A stretch of DNA of 64,000 bases from Bacteroidales bacterium (GCA_035269575.1 DATFIZ010000108.1:370-64369), one strand, 5' to 3'; counted from the stretch's first letter, positions 1 through 11,012 are shown. Notes: generated from the letters alone by a model not told the origin. Made by a program: numbers and translations.

Positions 1-203
1 TTATTCCTTTTTTTGTTTCCATTTTTTTACATTCATGCCAGCGATTTGAAATCCTGGTAAAGAATAAAACCGGCTAAAGACTTTTTTCTATTGTTTTTTT
101 AGAAGATGTTTGGTGTATATTTGTAATCCCTTTAAAGGATCTTTTTTATATGATTAAAATAGTGAGTATATTGTACCATTCCAAAAAATGAAAACAATAA
201 ATT

Positions 204-1001
204 ATGGGATTAATTTCTGATGTTTTCCAAAAATCAAATAGCCTGAAGTATGATATTGGTATTGCGCTTAGCGGTGGTGGAGTTCGTGGTTTTGCTCACC
301 TGGGTGTGTTAAAAGCATTAAACGAGAAAGGAATATACCCCGAGATTATTTCAGGAACCAGCGCAGGAGCTCTTGCGGGTATTTTTTATGCCGATGGATA
401 CAGTCCTGAAGAAAGCTTTGAAATCTTTTATCATAACAGCCTTTTCCATTTTACCCAGCTTTCTATCCCTAATAAAGGGCTGTTATCCATGGAAAAAGTA
501 TCGAAAATATTAAAGAAAACAATACGGGCGAAAACTTTTGAAGAGCTAGAAATACCCTTATATGTGGCAGCTGCAAACTTAAATGATGGTGAGATTGAAT
601 ATTTTTACCAGGGAAGTATTATTGACAAGGTTATTGCTTCGGCAAGCATACCGGTACTTTTTAAACCACAGATAATTGACGGTAATACTTTTGTAGACGG
701 TGGAGTTTTTGATAATCTGCCGCTGGAACCGATTAAGGATCAATGTAAAAAATTGATTGGTTCGCATGTAAACCCAACCGGAAAAGAAAAAAACCTGGAT
801 AGTATTTTTCGTATTGGTGAACGAGCATTTCATTTAACGGTTGATACCATATCCAAAGAAAAGAAAGCCCTTTGTGATCTGTTTATTGAAGCAGCCGGAC
901 TTTGTAATTATGGAATGTTTAGCCTGGATAAAGGCCGCGAAATTTTCGAAACGGGATATAGTGTAACCAAAGAAACCCTCAAAAAAAACAATCCGCTTTA
1001 A
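204..1001 (+). CDS. Patatin-like phospholipase (small RssA-type)
   Basis: 265-aa ORF. The translation shows the oxyanion motif GGGVRG, the nucleophile elbow GTSAG and the Asp-dyad motif FVDGGVFDN. Confidence 0.85.
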   Translation: MGLISDVFQKSNSLKYDIGIALSGGGVRGFAHLGVLKALNEKGIYPEIISGTSAGALAGIFYADGYSPEESFEIFYHNSLFHFTQLSIPNKGLLSMEKVSKILKKTIRAKTFEELEIPLYVAAANLNDGEIEYFYQGSIIDKVIASASIPVLFKPQIIDGNTFVDGGVFDNLPLEPIKDQCKKLIGSHVNPTGKEKNLDSIFRIGERAFHLTVDTISKEKKALCDLFIEAAGLCNYGMFSLDKGREIFETGYSVTKETLKKNNPL

Positions 1002-1077
1002 AATGAGGACCAATATTTTAAACCAACTCAATAATAATATTATTTTTGTATGTTGGAAAAGGTAAAATTTTTGATGG

Positions 1078-2538
1078 ATGGATAAAAATTTGATTATTTA
1101 TAATTCGTTAACCAGGAAAAAAGAGACGTTTGAACCTATCAATCCACCCTACGTTGGATTGTATGTTTGTGGCCCGACCGTTTATGGGGATGCTCATTTA
1201 GGTCATGCCCGGCCTGCCATTACATTTGATTTATTATACAGATATCTTAAGCATTTGGATTACAAAGTCCGTTATGTTCGTAACATAACCGATGTAGGCC
1301 ACTTAGAAAATGATGCCGATGAAGGAGAAGATAAAATCGCCAAAAAAGCTCGTTTGGAGCAATTAGAGCCTATGGAGGTGGTAGAATATTATACCCATCG
1401 CTACCATGAAAACATGGATGCATTAAATGTACTCCGCCCCAGTATTGAGCCTAAAGCTTCGGGACATATTATTGAGCAGCAGGAAATGGTTCGTAATATT
1501 TTACAAAGCGGATTTGCTTACGAAGTTAACGGGTCTGTTTATTTTGATGTGGAAAAGTATAACCAAACGCATGATTATGGCAAATTATCGGGCAGAAAAT
1601 TAGAAGATATGCAGGCTAATACCCGCCAGTTAGAAGGACAGGAAGAAAAAAAGAACCCCTACGATTTTGCGCTGTGGAAAAAAGCATCACCGGAGCATAT
1701 CATGCGATGGCCTTCCACCTGGAGTAATGGCTTTCCCGGATGGCATCTCGAATGCTCTGCCATGAGCACCAAATATTTGGGTGAGCAGTTCGATATTCAT
1801 GGTGGGGGAATGGATTTACTTTTCCCTCATCACGAATGTGAAATTGCCCAATCTACGGCGGCTAACGGGAAGGAATCGGTAAAATACTGGATGCACAATA
1901 ATATGATTACCATCAATGGTCAAAAAATGGGAAAATCACTGGGTAACTTTATTACGCTCGATGAGTTTTTCTCCGGCAATCATAAAGTATTGGATAAACC
2001 CTACAGCCCGATGACGGTCAGATTTTTTATTCTGCAGGCCCACTACCGAAGTACCGTTGATTTTTCAAACGAAGCATTGCAAGCAGCAGAAAAAGGGCTT
2101 GAACGTTTATTAAAAGCAGGAAAAGTTTTACAACAACTGCGTGCTGGAAAAGAATCAACAATAAACATTAAACCATTAAAAGATAATTGCTACCAGGCGA
2201 TGAATGATGATTTAAACAGCCCAATTTTAATCGCCCATCTTTTTGAAGCAGTTCGCTTAATTCATTTATTGAAAGAAGGAAAAGAAAATTTAAATACAAA
2301 TGATCTGGAACAATTAAAGAATCTTTACCATACATTCGTTTATGATATTTTAGGCTTACAAGAAGAAGCGTCAGACCGTTCAGAACTCACCTCCGATCTT
2401 ATTGATATGATTTTAACCCTCAGGCTGGAAGCCAAAAAAAATAAAGATTTTGACACGGCCGATAAAATTCGTGATGAGTTAACGCAAAAAGGGATAAAAA
2501 TTAAAGATACGAAAGATGGATACGAATGGGAAGTCTGA
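1078..2538 (+). CDS. cysS: Cysteine--tRNA ligase
   Basis: 486 aa with class I aaRS signatures HLGH (HIGH) and KMGKS (KMSKS), and CysRS-typical [17 protein letters not shown]. Confidence 0.95.
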   Translation: MDKNLIIYNSLTRKKETFEPINPPYVGLYVCGPTVYGDAHLGHARPAITFDLLYRYLKHLDYKVRYVRNITDVGHLENDADEGEDKIAKKARLEQLEPMEVVEYYTHRYHENMDALNVLRPSIEPKASGHIIEQQEMVRNILQSGFAYEVNGSVYFDVEKYNQTHDYGKLSGRKLEDMQANTRQLEGQEEKKNPYDFALWKKASPEHIMRWPSTWSNGFPGWHLECSAMSTKYLGEQFDIHGGGMDLLFPHHECEIAQSTAANGKESVKYWMHNNMITINGQKMGKSLGNFITLDEFFSGNHKVLDKPYSPMTVRFFILQAHYRSTVDFSNEALQAAEKGLERLLKAGKVLQQLRAGKESTINIKPLKDNCYQAMNDDLNSPILIAHLFEAVRLIHLLKEGKENLNTNDLEQLKNLYHTFVYDILGLQEEASDRSELTSDLIDMILTLRLEAKKNKDFDTADKIRDELTQKGIKIKDTKDGYEWEV

Positions 2539-2560
2539 AACTCCATAAATTTAGTAAAAA

Positions 2561-2588
2561 ATCCGGTCAACAAACCGGATTTTTTTGT
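2561..2588 (+). terminator. Rho-independent terminator after cysS
   Basis: Perfect 7-bp stem atccggt/accggat with loop caacaa, followed by a T7 run. An A-run precedes it, so it may act in both directions. Confidence 0.7.
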
Positions 2589-2731
2589 ACCAAAACGAAA
2601 CAGTCAGGTGTTCCATAAAGACACATGTTTTTGAAAAATATGTTTGCTTTTTAAACCAGTAGTCGCTGATTATGAATGGCTTGTGCTCTTTGGCACATCC
2701 CTTGATAATAAGCGTGAAAAAATAAACCATT

Positions 2732-5116
2732 ATGAACAGTTTCAAAATTGCTTTACGCATACTATGGAGAAATAAAAGTTTCTCATTCATTAACATTTTA
2801 GGTTTTTCGATAGCCCTAACGCTTGTTATCATTATCTACTTATTAATAATGAACGAAATATCGTTTGATAATTACCAGGAGCAGGCCAATCAGAAGTACC
2901 GTATTGTAGCCGAAACGCAACGAGCAAATTTTCGTAGTTTTGACATTAGTCCCCCTTATCCTTTACATGAGAAATTACGTGAAAATGTTCCCGGGATTCA
3001 TGATGTAACCCAAATATATTGCCCTTCCTATTGTAATATTTTCACCGACCATAAAGCCTTTACAGAAATTGGTGTTACTTTTATCGATTCTTCCTTTTTT
3101 AATTTTTTTGATGTACAATGGATAACAGGAAGCAGTGCATCCATTCCTGAATATGGCAAAGCAATCATCACCGATGAGTTGGCAGCCAAACTATACGGAG
3201 AGGAGGATCCCCTCGGGAAAATAATCAGAATAAACAGCATGCTTGATGTTGAAGTGGCCGGAATTGTTCAATCTCCTCCTGCAAATACACACCTGCCCTT
3301 TAAGTTATTGATAGGTATAAATCATTTATCAGAAGATTTTGTAAATTTTAATTACAATTCATGGGGAGCCATGAAATCGGGATTTTCAACATACATCCTT
3401 AAAAATCCTGAACTGCCTGAAGAAACCATAAACCGTACAATTAACCAGATTTACCAGGAGGCTTATAATCCTCCAAACGAAAACGAAACCCGTTTCTTTA
3501 TTGAAGGATTAAGAGAAATTCATACCAGCTATTACGGTGAGTTACCCGGTTCGTATAGCACTCCAAAACCGGCATTGTGGACTTTTGGCAGCATCGGGTT
3601 ATTTATTCTTATCATGGCCACCATTAATTTTGTGAGTCTTTCAACCGTCCAGTCGTTTAAACGCTCGAAAGAGGTAGGGCTCCGGAAGGTATTTGGAAGT
3701 AACCGTATAAAATTAATCGGTCAATTTCTTCTGGAAGGTTTTATCCTGATAATTCTGGCTGAAATAATTGCTGTTATATTAACAGAAGTACTTATTCCTT
3801 CTATTAATGGTGTCATGGGAAATACTATTCCCCTAAGCCTTTACGGAAATAATAATTACATTATCTTATTTTTATTCATCATATTAATTTTAACCAGTCT
3901 TTTTTCAGGAATATATCCGGCTTATAACATCTCTTCATTTAACCCGATACAATCGATAAGAACCAAATTAAGTTTTTCTTCCAATAAGAAATTCTCATTA
4001 TACAAAGCATTTGTCATCTTTCAGTTTTTTCTGGCTCAGTTTTTCTTCATCGGACTGATCATATTGTTTGCACAACTAAAATTTATTAAAAAGCAGGAGC
4101 TTGGTTTTCATACAAAAGATATTATTTTACTGGAGTATCCTGAAACCGGCATAAATAAAAAAATAAATTTTAAAAATCGTATTTTGGAATTTCCGGAAGT
4201 TCTGTCGGCCAGCTGTCAACTAGCTCCTCCAATGTATAATTCAAACCATACTTCAAATTTTTCCGTTCCGGGAAATACCGAAAAGTTTTTTGCAAATATT
4301 AAGGCCGTAGATGAGCATTACATGGACGTTTATAATCTAAAATTAATGGCCGGTGAATGGTTAACGAAATCAACCTTAAAAGACACCATACGTCCTACCA
4401 TCGTAAACGAAAAATTTATCCAAACGATTGGGTTGGAACAAGTAAATAATGCCATTGGCAAACTATTTAACCACAGTGGAATTACGCACCAGATTACCGG
4501 TGTGGTAAAAGATTTCACCTTATTTGCAGCTCACAGAGAAAACATGCCTGTAGCTATGTTTTATGATGAAAACCGTATCCATCAATTAGGAATAAGATAT
4601 CATCCGGAAGCTGATGATGAAATCATTAAACAAAAAACAGAAAATTTATGGAAAGAACATTTCCCCGAATCAGCCATAAGTTACAATAAATACAGCTGGC
4701 ATATAGAATTCTCATACCGTACCGAAAATGTTATGATAAACTTAATGGGTGGATTAAGCTTTATCGCTATTGTTATTTCTTTATTAGGGTTTTTTGGTTT
4801 AATTACGTTTATCATTAACAATAAATACAAAGAAATAGCCATTCGGAAAACCTATGGAGCAACCACCGGTAAAATTAATCGCTTATTGCTGCTAAAGTTT
4901 AACCGTTTGATTCTTTTTGCAAGTTTTATTGCTGCACCCTTAGCTTACTTCACCTTAAGCTTCTGGCTAAGAACCTATGCTTACAAAATAAACCTGGGGA
5001 TATCCTATTATCTGATATCAACAGGAATTATAATGGCTCTAGCCACTTTAAGCATAAGTTATCAAACCTGGAGAGCCTCAAATATAAATCCTGCTGATAT
5101 TTTACGTTACGAATAA
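2732..5116 (+). CDS. ABC transporter permease, MacB/FtsX-like with two FtsX domains
   Basis: 794 aa. The N-terminus MNSFKIALRILWRNKSFSFINILG is typical of MacB-like permeases. Two four-TM clusters are separated by large periplasmic domains. No cognate ATPase gene is adjacent. Confidence 0.8.
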   Translation: MNSFKIALRILWRNKSFSFINILGFSIALTLVIIIYLLIMNEISFDNYQEQANQKYRIVAETQRANFRSFDISPPYPLHEKLRENVPGIHDVTQIYCPSYCNIFTDHKAFTEIGVTFIDSSFFNFFDVQWITGSSASIPEYGKAIITDELAAKLYGEEDPLGKIIRINSMLDVEVAGIVQSPPANTHLPFKLLIGINHLSEDFVNFNYNSWGAMKSGFSTYILKNPELPEETINRTINQIYQEAYNPPNENETRFFIEGLREIHTSYYGELPGSYSTPKPALWTFGSIGLFILIMATINFVSLSTVQSFKRSKEVGLRKVFGSNRIKLIGQFLLEGFILIILAEIIAVILTEVLIPSINGVMGNTIPLSLYGNNNYIILFLFIILILTSLFSGIYPAYNISSFNPIQSIRTKLSFSSNKKFSLYKAFVIFQFFLAQFFFIGLIILFAQLKFIKKQELGFHTKDIILLEYPETGINKKINFKNRILEFPEVLSASCQLAPPMYNSNHTSNFSVPGNTEKFFANIKAVDEHYMDVYNLKLMAGEWLTKSTLKDTIRPTIVNEKFIQTIGLEQVNNAIGKLFNHSGITHQITGVVKDFTLFAAHRENMPVAMFYDENRIHQLGIRYHPEADDEIIKQKTENLWKEHFPESAISYNKYSWHIEFSYRTENVMINLMGGLSFIAIVISLLGFFGLITFIINNKYKEIAIRKTYGATTGKINRLLLLKFNRLILFASFIAAPLAYFTLSFWLRTYAYKINLGISYYLISTGIIMALATLSISYQTWRASNINPADILRYE

Positions 5117-5141
5117 GTCTGATTCATTTATTAAAATTAAA

Positions 5142-5170
5142 CTGTCTCTGTTTAGGGGCAGTTTTTTTAT
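5142..5170 (+). terminator. Probable intrinsic terminator after the FtsX-like permease gene
   Basis: Stem ctgtctc/ggggcag (7 bp including two G-U pairs) with loop tgttta, followed by T7. Confidence 0.55.
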
Positions 5171-5217
5171 GGGAAAAAAAGTTTATTTTAGTATCTTGTC
5201 TTCAAAACCCTAACAAA

Positions 5218-8088
5218 ATGAAAAAAGTATTATTTATACTTCTTTTAGGCTTGTTTGCTTTTTCGGTTCATGCACAAATCCTTAACAAGCTTAAAAAATT
5301 TGTTGAAGAAGATGAGGTTGTCAATATACTAAAAGATGAGCTGATTAACCACCTGGAAAACTCAAAAAAAGAGTACGAAGCGATCGATTATAATTATGCG
5401 GTTTCTTTTAGTGATAACTCAGGACTTTACGAAAGCGAAGAACGCTATATGCGTTACCAAAAAATATTGCTCGAGGTATTAAAAGGCAAAAGGTTTTCCG
5501 AAAAATCAGCCCGGGAACAAGCCGAAAACTTTAATGATGCAGGAGAAATGTTGTATGCCGGAAACCGTTTCCGGTCGGCTGAATTAGCTTTCGCTGCTGC
5601 CCTTGCAATTTATGAAGATAAAGGCCTGACCAGAACAAAAAATGCCGCCCTAACGATAAGTAATCTGGGATTAGTTTATCACAGCACCGGAAAGTACAGA
5701 AAATCGGAAGAATATACCTTAAAAGCACTCGAAATAAGAAAGATTCATTTAAAAGATAATATCGGCTATGGGGCTTCACTCAATAACCTTGGAGTACTCT
5801 ATAAAGATATGGGTAAATACAACGAATCGGAAGAGCTGTTCAAAAAAGCAAATACGTTAATTAAAAATGCAAATAATGAGAACAGCAATCCTTATGCTAT
5901 TGTATTAAATAACGAGGCAATGCTTTTTCAAACGATAGGACGATACGATCAGGCTGAAAGTTTGTTGAATAAGGCAATCGCTATAGCGGATAATAATTTG
6001 AAAGAAAAATCACCTAATTATATCCGTTTATACGTTAACCTGGCTTTATTATACCAGCTTATGGGCGAGCTGGATAAAGCTGAAAATATTTATTTGCAGG
6101 CATTAGCCTTACAGGAAAAGCGAATCGGCCATAAACATCCCGATTATGCATCGCTGCTTAGAAATTTAGCTGCATTGTACCAGCAAAAGGGAAATTTGAA
6201 TAAAGTGGAGGATTATTTAACCCTGGCACGCGATATCTATAAACGAAAATTTGGAACCCAAAACGCATTGTATGCCAAAGCAACCTATGAGCTGGCGGTT
6301 TATTATCAATATATAAATGAGCTGATAAAAGCAGAACAGTTGTTATTGGAAAGCAAAGAAATCCAGGAAGAGATTTTAAACGAGCATCACCCGGATTATA
6401 CACTTACCCTGGATAACCTGGCGGTGCTATCCTGGCAAAAAGAGGATATGGAAATAGCAGCTGAATACTATAAACAAGTTATGGATGAATATTTATACCA
6501 AATTGATAACTATTTCCCTCCGATGAGTGAAAAAGAAAAAGCTGCCTTTTGGGCAAAAGTTCATCCTAAGTTTTTGCGGTATTATGCCTTTGTAACCGAC
6601 GCGATAACCCATAAACCAACACTCGCTACCGATATGTACAATTACCATATTCGTACGAAAGGGTTATTATTAAGCTCAACCAACAAAATAAAACACCGGA
6701 TTTTAAGCAGTGGCAACAAAAGCCTGATTAACACTTACCATGAGTGGGTTGACTCGAAAAAATATCTGGCTCGTTTATATACTCTGTCAAAGGATGAACT
6801 AAAAAAAGAGAACGTAAATATTGATTCGGTAGAAACAGCCACTAATACTAAAGAAAAAGAATTGTCTAAACTATCGGCTGATTTTGCCGAGGGTTTAACA
6901 TCTCAATCTATACATTGTTATGAAGTGGCCGGATTATTAAATGAACAGGAAGCGGCGGTTGAAGTTATCCGCATTCCCGGGTATCACTATTTAAAACCCG
7001 ATACTTCTGTTCACTATGGTGCTCTTGTGCTCAGGAAAAACCAATCCATACCCGACCTGGTTGTTTTAAGAAACGGAAAAGAGCTGGAAGAGAAACATGT
7101 AAAAGAATACCAGCGAACCATGCAAAGAGCTGCGAAAACCAATGCTTTTTTTCATGTTTTCTGGGCACCCGTTAATCAGCTAACAGACTCGGCATCAAAA
7201 CTATACGTTTCGCTTGACGGGGTGTATAATCAAATCAACCTGAATACATTACAAGACTCTGTGGGTAAATTTTTGATGGATAAAACAAACATTGTATATG
7301 TGCCCAATACCAAAGCACTCGAAAAGGTAAAAAGCCACTCCGCTTCGCAACAAGGGTTTCTTAAACAACAAGCGATATTATTTGGCAACCCCAATTATGC
7401 CAAAGATTTAGATTGGGATAAAGTTACCGAAATGCCGTTGGCTGAATTGCCTGGGACTAAAGAAGAAGTTGAAAAAATCAATCAAATATTAAAACATAAA
7501 AACTGGAAAACAAAAACCTATTTTTCTGATGAGGCTTCAGAGCAAAATCTGAAATCGGTAAGCCAGCCTCCTGTTTTGCATATTGCCACCCATGGATTTT
7601 TTCTGCCGGATGTTAAAAAAACCGATGAAAAAATTTTTGGTGTCGACCCGGAAAAAGCAAAAGAAAATCCGTTGCTCCGCTCTGGTTTGATGTTTACCGG
7701 CGCCGATAACACCATCCAACAAATTGGCAATCCGGAAAATCAATCGTCCGACGATGGAATTCTAAATGCTTATGAAGCCATGTTGCTAAACCTTACCAAT
7801 ACAGAACTAATTGTGCTCAGTGCCTGTGAAACAGGATTAGGCGAAATTGTTAACGGAGAAGGAGTATATGGCTTACAACGGGCATTTCAAATTGCCGGCA
7901 CAAAAACCATTATGATGAGCTTATGGCAGGTAAGCGATGAGGTTACCCAAAAACTGATGACTAAATTTTACGACTATCTGCTCGAAAGCAAGGATAAAAT
8001 TTACGCTTTTAATAAAGCGCAAATGGAGATAAAAGAAGATTACCCCGCGCCATTTTACTGGGGCGCTTTTATCCTGATGAACAATTAA
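5218..8088 (+). CDS. Secreted TPR-repeat protein with C-terminal CHAT (caspase-like) protease domain
   Basis: 956 aa with signal peptide MKKVLFILLLGLFAFSVHAQ. The N-terminal half carries multiple TPR units of the type ALxxLGxxYxxxGxYxxAExxxxxAL. The C-terminus has the CHAT dyad contexts HIATHGFF (His) and LSACETG (Cys). Confidence 0.85.
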   Translation: MKKVLFILLLGLFAFSVHAQILNKLKKFVEEDEVVNILKDELINHLENSKKEYEAIDYNYAVSFSDNSGLYESEERYMRYQKILLEVLKGKRFSEKSAREQAENFNDAGEMLYAGNRFRSAELAFAAALAIYEDKGLTRTKNAALTISNLGLVYHSTGKYRKSEEYTLKALEIRKIHLKDNIGYGASLNNLGVLYKDMGKYNESEELFKKANTLIKNANNENSNPYAIVLNNEAMLFQTIGRYDQAESLLNKAIAIADNNLKEKSPNYIRLYVNLALLYQLMGELDKAENIYLQALALQEKRIGHKHPDYASLLRNLAALYQQKGNLNKVEDYLTLARDIYKRKFGTQNALYAKATYELAVYYQYINELIKAEQLLLESKEIQEEILNEHHPDYTLTLDNLAVLSWQKEDMEIAAEYYKQVMDEYLYQIDNYFPPMSEKEKAAFWAKVHPKFLRYYAFVTDAITHKPTLATDMYNYHIRTKGLLLSSTNKIKHRILSSGNKSLINTYHEWVDSKKYLARLYTLSKDELKKENVNIDSVETATNTKEKELSKLSADFAEGLTSQSIHCYEVAGLLNEQEAAVEVIRIPGYHYLKPDTSVHYGALVLRKNQSIPDLVVLRNGKELEEKHVKEYQRTMQRAAKTNAFFHVFWAPVNQLTDSASKLYVSLDGVYNQINLNTLQDSVGKFLMDKTNIVYVPNTKALEKVKSHSASQQGFLKQQAILFGNPNYAKDLDWDKVTEMPLAELPGTKEEVEKINQILKHKNWKTKTYFSDEASEQNLKSVSQPPVLHIATHGFFLPDVKKTDEKIFGVDPEKAKENPLLRSGLMFTGADNTIQQIGNPENQSSDDGILNAYEAMLLNLTNTELIVLSACETGLGEIVNGEGVYGLQRAFQIAGTKTIMMSLWQVSDEVTQKLMTKFYDYLLESKDKIYAFNKAQMEIKEDYPAPFYWGAFILMNN

Positions 8089-8126
8089 TTAAATTTGTAC
8101 GTTTTGTTGTTGATTAAATAGTAAAG

Positions 8127-9116
8127 ATGTACCCTTTCAACCCGGAAAAAATATTTAAAATCGAACATGAACGTCAATTCAACGACTTAGCCCTTAAAAT
8201 TTTTAATTACCAGGCCGAAAAAAACCTGGTTTACAAGGAGTTTCTTTTCCATTTGGGTGTTAATCTATCATCTGTAGATAACTACAAAAACATTCCTTTC
8301 TTACCCATTGAGTTTTTCAAAACCCATAAAGTTATTTCCGGAAATCAAGATTATAAAAAAATTTTTTACAGCAGCGGCACAACAGGTAAAAGCCGGAGTA
8401 AACATTACCTAAAAAACATTACGCTATACGAAAACAGTTTTATGAGTGCTTTTAGCCGTTTTTATGGCGATATAAAAGACTACTGTGTTTTAGCTTTACT
8501 CCCTACTTATCTGGAAAATGACAGTTCATCACTGGTTTATATGGTAGATCAACTGATTCAAAAATCTACTCACCCGGAAAGTGGCTTTTACTTAAACAAT
8601 ATTGAAGCGCTGGCTTTACAATTAAAAAAGCTGGAAGCCAGCGGACAAAAAACAATTTTGTTTGGTGTTTCTTATGCACTACTGGATTTGGCCGAAATGT
8701 TTCCTATGCAACTTTCACATACTACAATTATGGAAACAGGAGGAATGAAAGGAACACGTAAAGAGCTTACCAAAAAAGAACTCCATCAATTTCTGACCCA
8801 AAAACTGGGGGTACAAAAAATACATTCAGAATATGGCATGACCGAATTACTATCCCAGGCTTACTCAAAAGGGGATGGTAAATTTTTTGCCCCTCTGTGG
8901 ATGAAAATTTTAATTCGTGATACCTACGACCCTTTTTCCCTTCTTCATCACGGCCGTTCGGGAGGAATCAATATTATTGACCTGGCGAATATGGATTCCT
9001 GCTCCTTTATCGAAACACAGGATTTAGGTAAAATAAATAAAGATGGAAGTTTTGAGGTATTAGGCCGGTTTGATTATAGTGATATACGAGGTTGTAATTT
9101 ACTCGTTGCAGAATAA
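8127..9116 (+). CDS. LuxE/PaaK-like acyl-adenylate-forming enzyme (usually annotated acyl transferase in Bacteroidota)
   Basis: 329 aa with the adenylate-forming motif YSSGTTGKSRSKH and METGGMKG. The family assignment is from memory of homologues, not from a search. Confidence 0.6.
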   Translation: MYPFNPEKIFKIEHERQFNDLALKIFNYQAEKNLVYKEFLFHLGVNLSSVDNYKNIPFLPIEFFKTHKVISGNQDYKKIFYSSGTTGKSRSKHYLKNITLYENSFMSAFSRFYGDIKDYCVLALLPTYLENDSSSLVYMVDQLIQKSTHPESGFYLNNIEALALQLKKLEASGQKTILFGVSYALLDLAEMFPMQLSHTTIMETGGMKGTRKELTKKELHQFLTQKLGVQKIHSEYGMTELLSQAYSKGDGKFFAPLWMKILIRDTYDPFSLLHHGRSGGINIIDLANMDSCSFIETQDLGKINKDGSFEVLGRFDYSDIRGCNLLVAE

Positions 9117-9151
9117 ATCCGCCCAGCGGTTTAGAATGGCCAGGCGGATTA
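9117..9151. terminator. Hairpin between convergent genes (possible bidirectional terminator)
   Basis: 8-bp perfect arms aatccgcc/ggcggatt enclose 19 nt. There is no clean T-run immediately 3' on either strand. Confidence 0.4.
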
Positions 9152-9192
9152 AAAGATTTTTAAAACCCATGGAGAATTACAAATGGGATGTA

Positions 9193-10302
9193 TTATATTT
9201 CCAACTTCTTTCTTATATCTTTCGGAATCGCATCTTTATGCACCATAACAGCTATCGTATGTAATCGCATAAATTGTTCCGACATATACCAGTATCCGCC
9301 ATATTTATGATCAGTGCCCCACGAGTTTTTTGTTTTATAATAAACGGTTCCGTTTTGATCTTCTGCCAATCCAGTGATGTGCATTAAATGATCATCAGTA
9401 ACATTAAACGTTTCAAATTTTAGCTGTCGAAAATCCGGGTCAACTGATTTTTCCTGTATGGGTTGTTTTAAAAAAGTATTATCCTCATCATTTTCATCTT
9501 CAACCACAGCAATCCCCTCTTGTCGGGTAAACCCTTTATCGCTCATATCGCCGTCCCAAACAAATGTATATCCTTGTTTAAGCGAATTGTTCATAATCTC
9601 CATAAATTCATCTAACGGAACATTATAATAATCGTCGTGCGACCAGTTATCCGGAACAAGTAATGGTGCTTTTTCATAAAATGGAACATCAGTATAAGAC
9701 ATAATCTCCACATAATCATCCGGATTAATTCCTAATTCATCGGCAAAAGTTTTTGGTGTATATTCTTCTCCTTTGTATTGAAACGTTTCCGGATCTTTCC
9801 CTAAATAAACATCTAATATGGCACCAAATGCTTCCTTCCATAAGGTTGTAGGTCGTCTTGCCTTCAGCACACCATCCAGGTAGTTTTTGAGCACGGTACT
9901 TAACTCTCTGTGGTTATGAGATTCTGAGTTATCGCGAATTCCCGGAAAAACACTCTCCGGAACAATTCCGTGATCAATCATTTCGTTAAGCACATCATGC
10001 GCCTGGCCACCCTGGCTAAAATTAGCCAGTCCATGATTACCAATATACAGGCGGGCTTTCTCTTCATAGGCTTTTTTCACAATATACATTTCAGATAAAT
10101 CGTAAGCCGGTTTCCCCATTCTTAGCAATTCGCTTTCCAAAAATGACAGGGTTGAAAAACACCAGCAGGTGCCGGTACTACCCTGACTTTTAACGCTTGT
10201 GGTCTCCAGATCAACCATCGTTTTGAATTCATAACCCGAATCCTGTGCTTGTAAATGAAAACCCAGACACAAAATCATTACTGAAAGAAATAGTTTTTTC
10301 AT
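9193..10302 (-). CDS. Secreted C1-family cysteine peptidase (aminopeptidase C / bleomycin-hydrolase-like)
   Basis: 369 aa with signal peptide MKKLFLSVMILCLGFHLQAQ, the catalytic Cys context QGSTGTCWCFS and a later His region DHLMHITG. Confidence 0.8.
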   Translation of the reverse strand: MKKLFLSVMILCLGFHLQAQDSGYEFKTMVDLETTSVKSQGSTGTCWCFSTLSFLESELLRMGKPAYDLSEMYIVKKAYEEKARLYIGNHGLANFSQGGQAHDVLNEMIDHGIVPESVFPGIRDNSESHNHRELSTVLKNYLDGVLKARRPTTLWKEAFGAILDVYLGKDPETFQYKGEEYTPKTFADELGINPDDYVEIMSYTDVPFYEKAPLLVPDNWSHDDYYNVPLDEFMEIMNNSLKQGYTFVWDGDMSDKGFTRQEGIAVVEDENDEDNTFLKQPIQEKSVDPDFRQLKFETFNVTDDHLMHITGLAEDQNGTVYYKTKNSWGTDHKYGGYWYMSEQFMRLHTIAVMVHKDAIPKDIRKKLEI

Positions 10303-10375
10303 ACGTTTTAATTTTAAAAGTTTTGTCGTTGTACTAGATACGTTTTAGATATCATCTGTTTGATTTCGTTTAATG

Positions 10376-10978
10376 CTATTTTTCTTTCTGTTCGGATAAT
10401 TTTTTATTGGAATAATTTGCCACACCTCCCGAAACAATAAACTTCATCACATCAGATGGAGGAACATCAATCATTTGAACATGTTCGACAGGGACAATAA
10501 ATAGCTCGCCCGAAAAATTATACGAATGTGGAAAGTACACCGAAACTTTTTCTCCTTCAATTCCAAGGTTTGAAACATCTTTCTGCGTTAAAAAACCCAG
10601 TTTTTCTAAATCGGAAATCAAATTAACTTTCACCAATACCGGCTGATTAAATTTCTTTTCTTTCCCCACAAATGCGGATAACAAGTCTTTTAACGAGGAA
10701 TAAATAACTTTTACCAGCGGGGACTTTTCGATAATGCTGTTGACTATTTTTTTAACAGGACGGGCCAAAATACTTTGTCCGGCAAGTCCTAACAAAGCAA
10801 CAAGCAAAAAAACCATCATTAAACTTATACCCGGTATGGTGATGTTTAAATACTTCGCTAAAAAGGGGCTAAAAATACCATCGAGTAAAACAAACGATTT
10901 ATACAGTATAAAAACTGTTAATCCCAGCGGAGCAATATATAAAAGCCCCTGGAAAAAATACCTGAATAATTTTTTCAT
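10376..10978 (-). CDS. DUF502 family membrane protein
   Basis: 200 aa with two N-terminal TM helices and the N-terminus MKKLFRYFFQGLLYIAPLGLTVFILY typical of DUF502. Confidence 0.7.
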   Translation of the reverse strand: MKKLFRYFFQGLLYIAPLGLTVFILYKSFVLLDGIFSPFLAKYLNITIPGISLMMVFLLVALLGLAGQSILARPVKKIVNSIIEKSPLVKVIYSSLKDLLSAFVGKEKKFNQPVLVKVNLISDLEKLGFLTQKDVSNLGIEGEKVSVYFPHSYNFSGELFIVPVEHVQMIDVPPSDVMKFIVSGGVANYSNKKLSEQKEK

Positions 10979-11012
10979 TTTTTATCTTCTTACGTTTATT
11001 AAAATATCATTA

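Noticed and set aside
204-1001. Small patatin as a CBASS CapV-like effector.
   Set aside because: There is no CD-NTase or cyclase, E1/E2/JAB or other CBASS component nearby. The neighbours are cysS and an unrelated upstream region.
579-1031. Antisense or nested ORFs of 60-175 aa listed throughout the track. Examples are 579-833, 834-1031, 2340-2573, 2551-2832, 9070-9264, 10734-11018, 13163-13405, 14954-15292, 17783-18103, 38670-38972, 39171-39578, 41043-41567, 53339-53671 and 60764-61057.
   Set aside because: Each lies inside or opposite a much longer ORF with clear family motifs. Their translations are low-complexity or Ile/Phe/Lys/Ser-rich, as expected from the reverse or shifted frames of AT-rich coding DNA, and none has a recognisable motif.
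5218-8088. TPR-CHAT protein as a Csx29/Craspase-type CRISPR-associated protease.
   Set aside because: No Cas7-11/gRAMP gene, no CRISPR array and no other cas gene occur anywhere in the window. The protein also carries a classical signal peptide, which is inconsistent with a cytoplasmic CRISPR effector partner.
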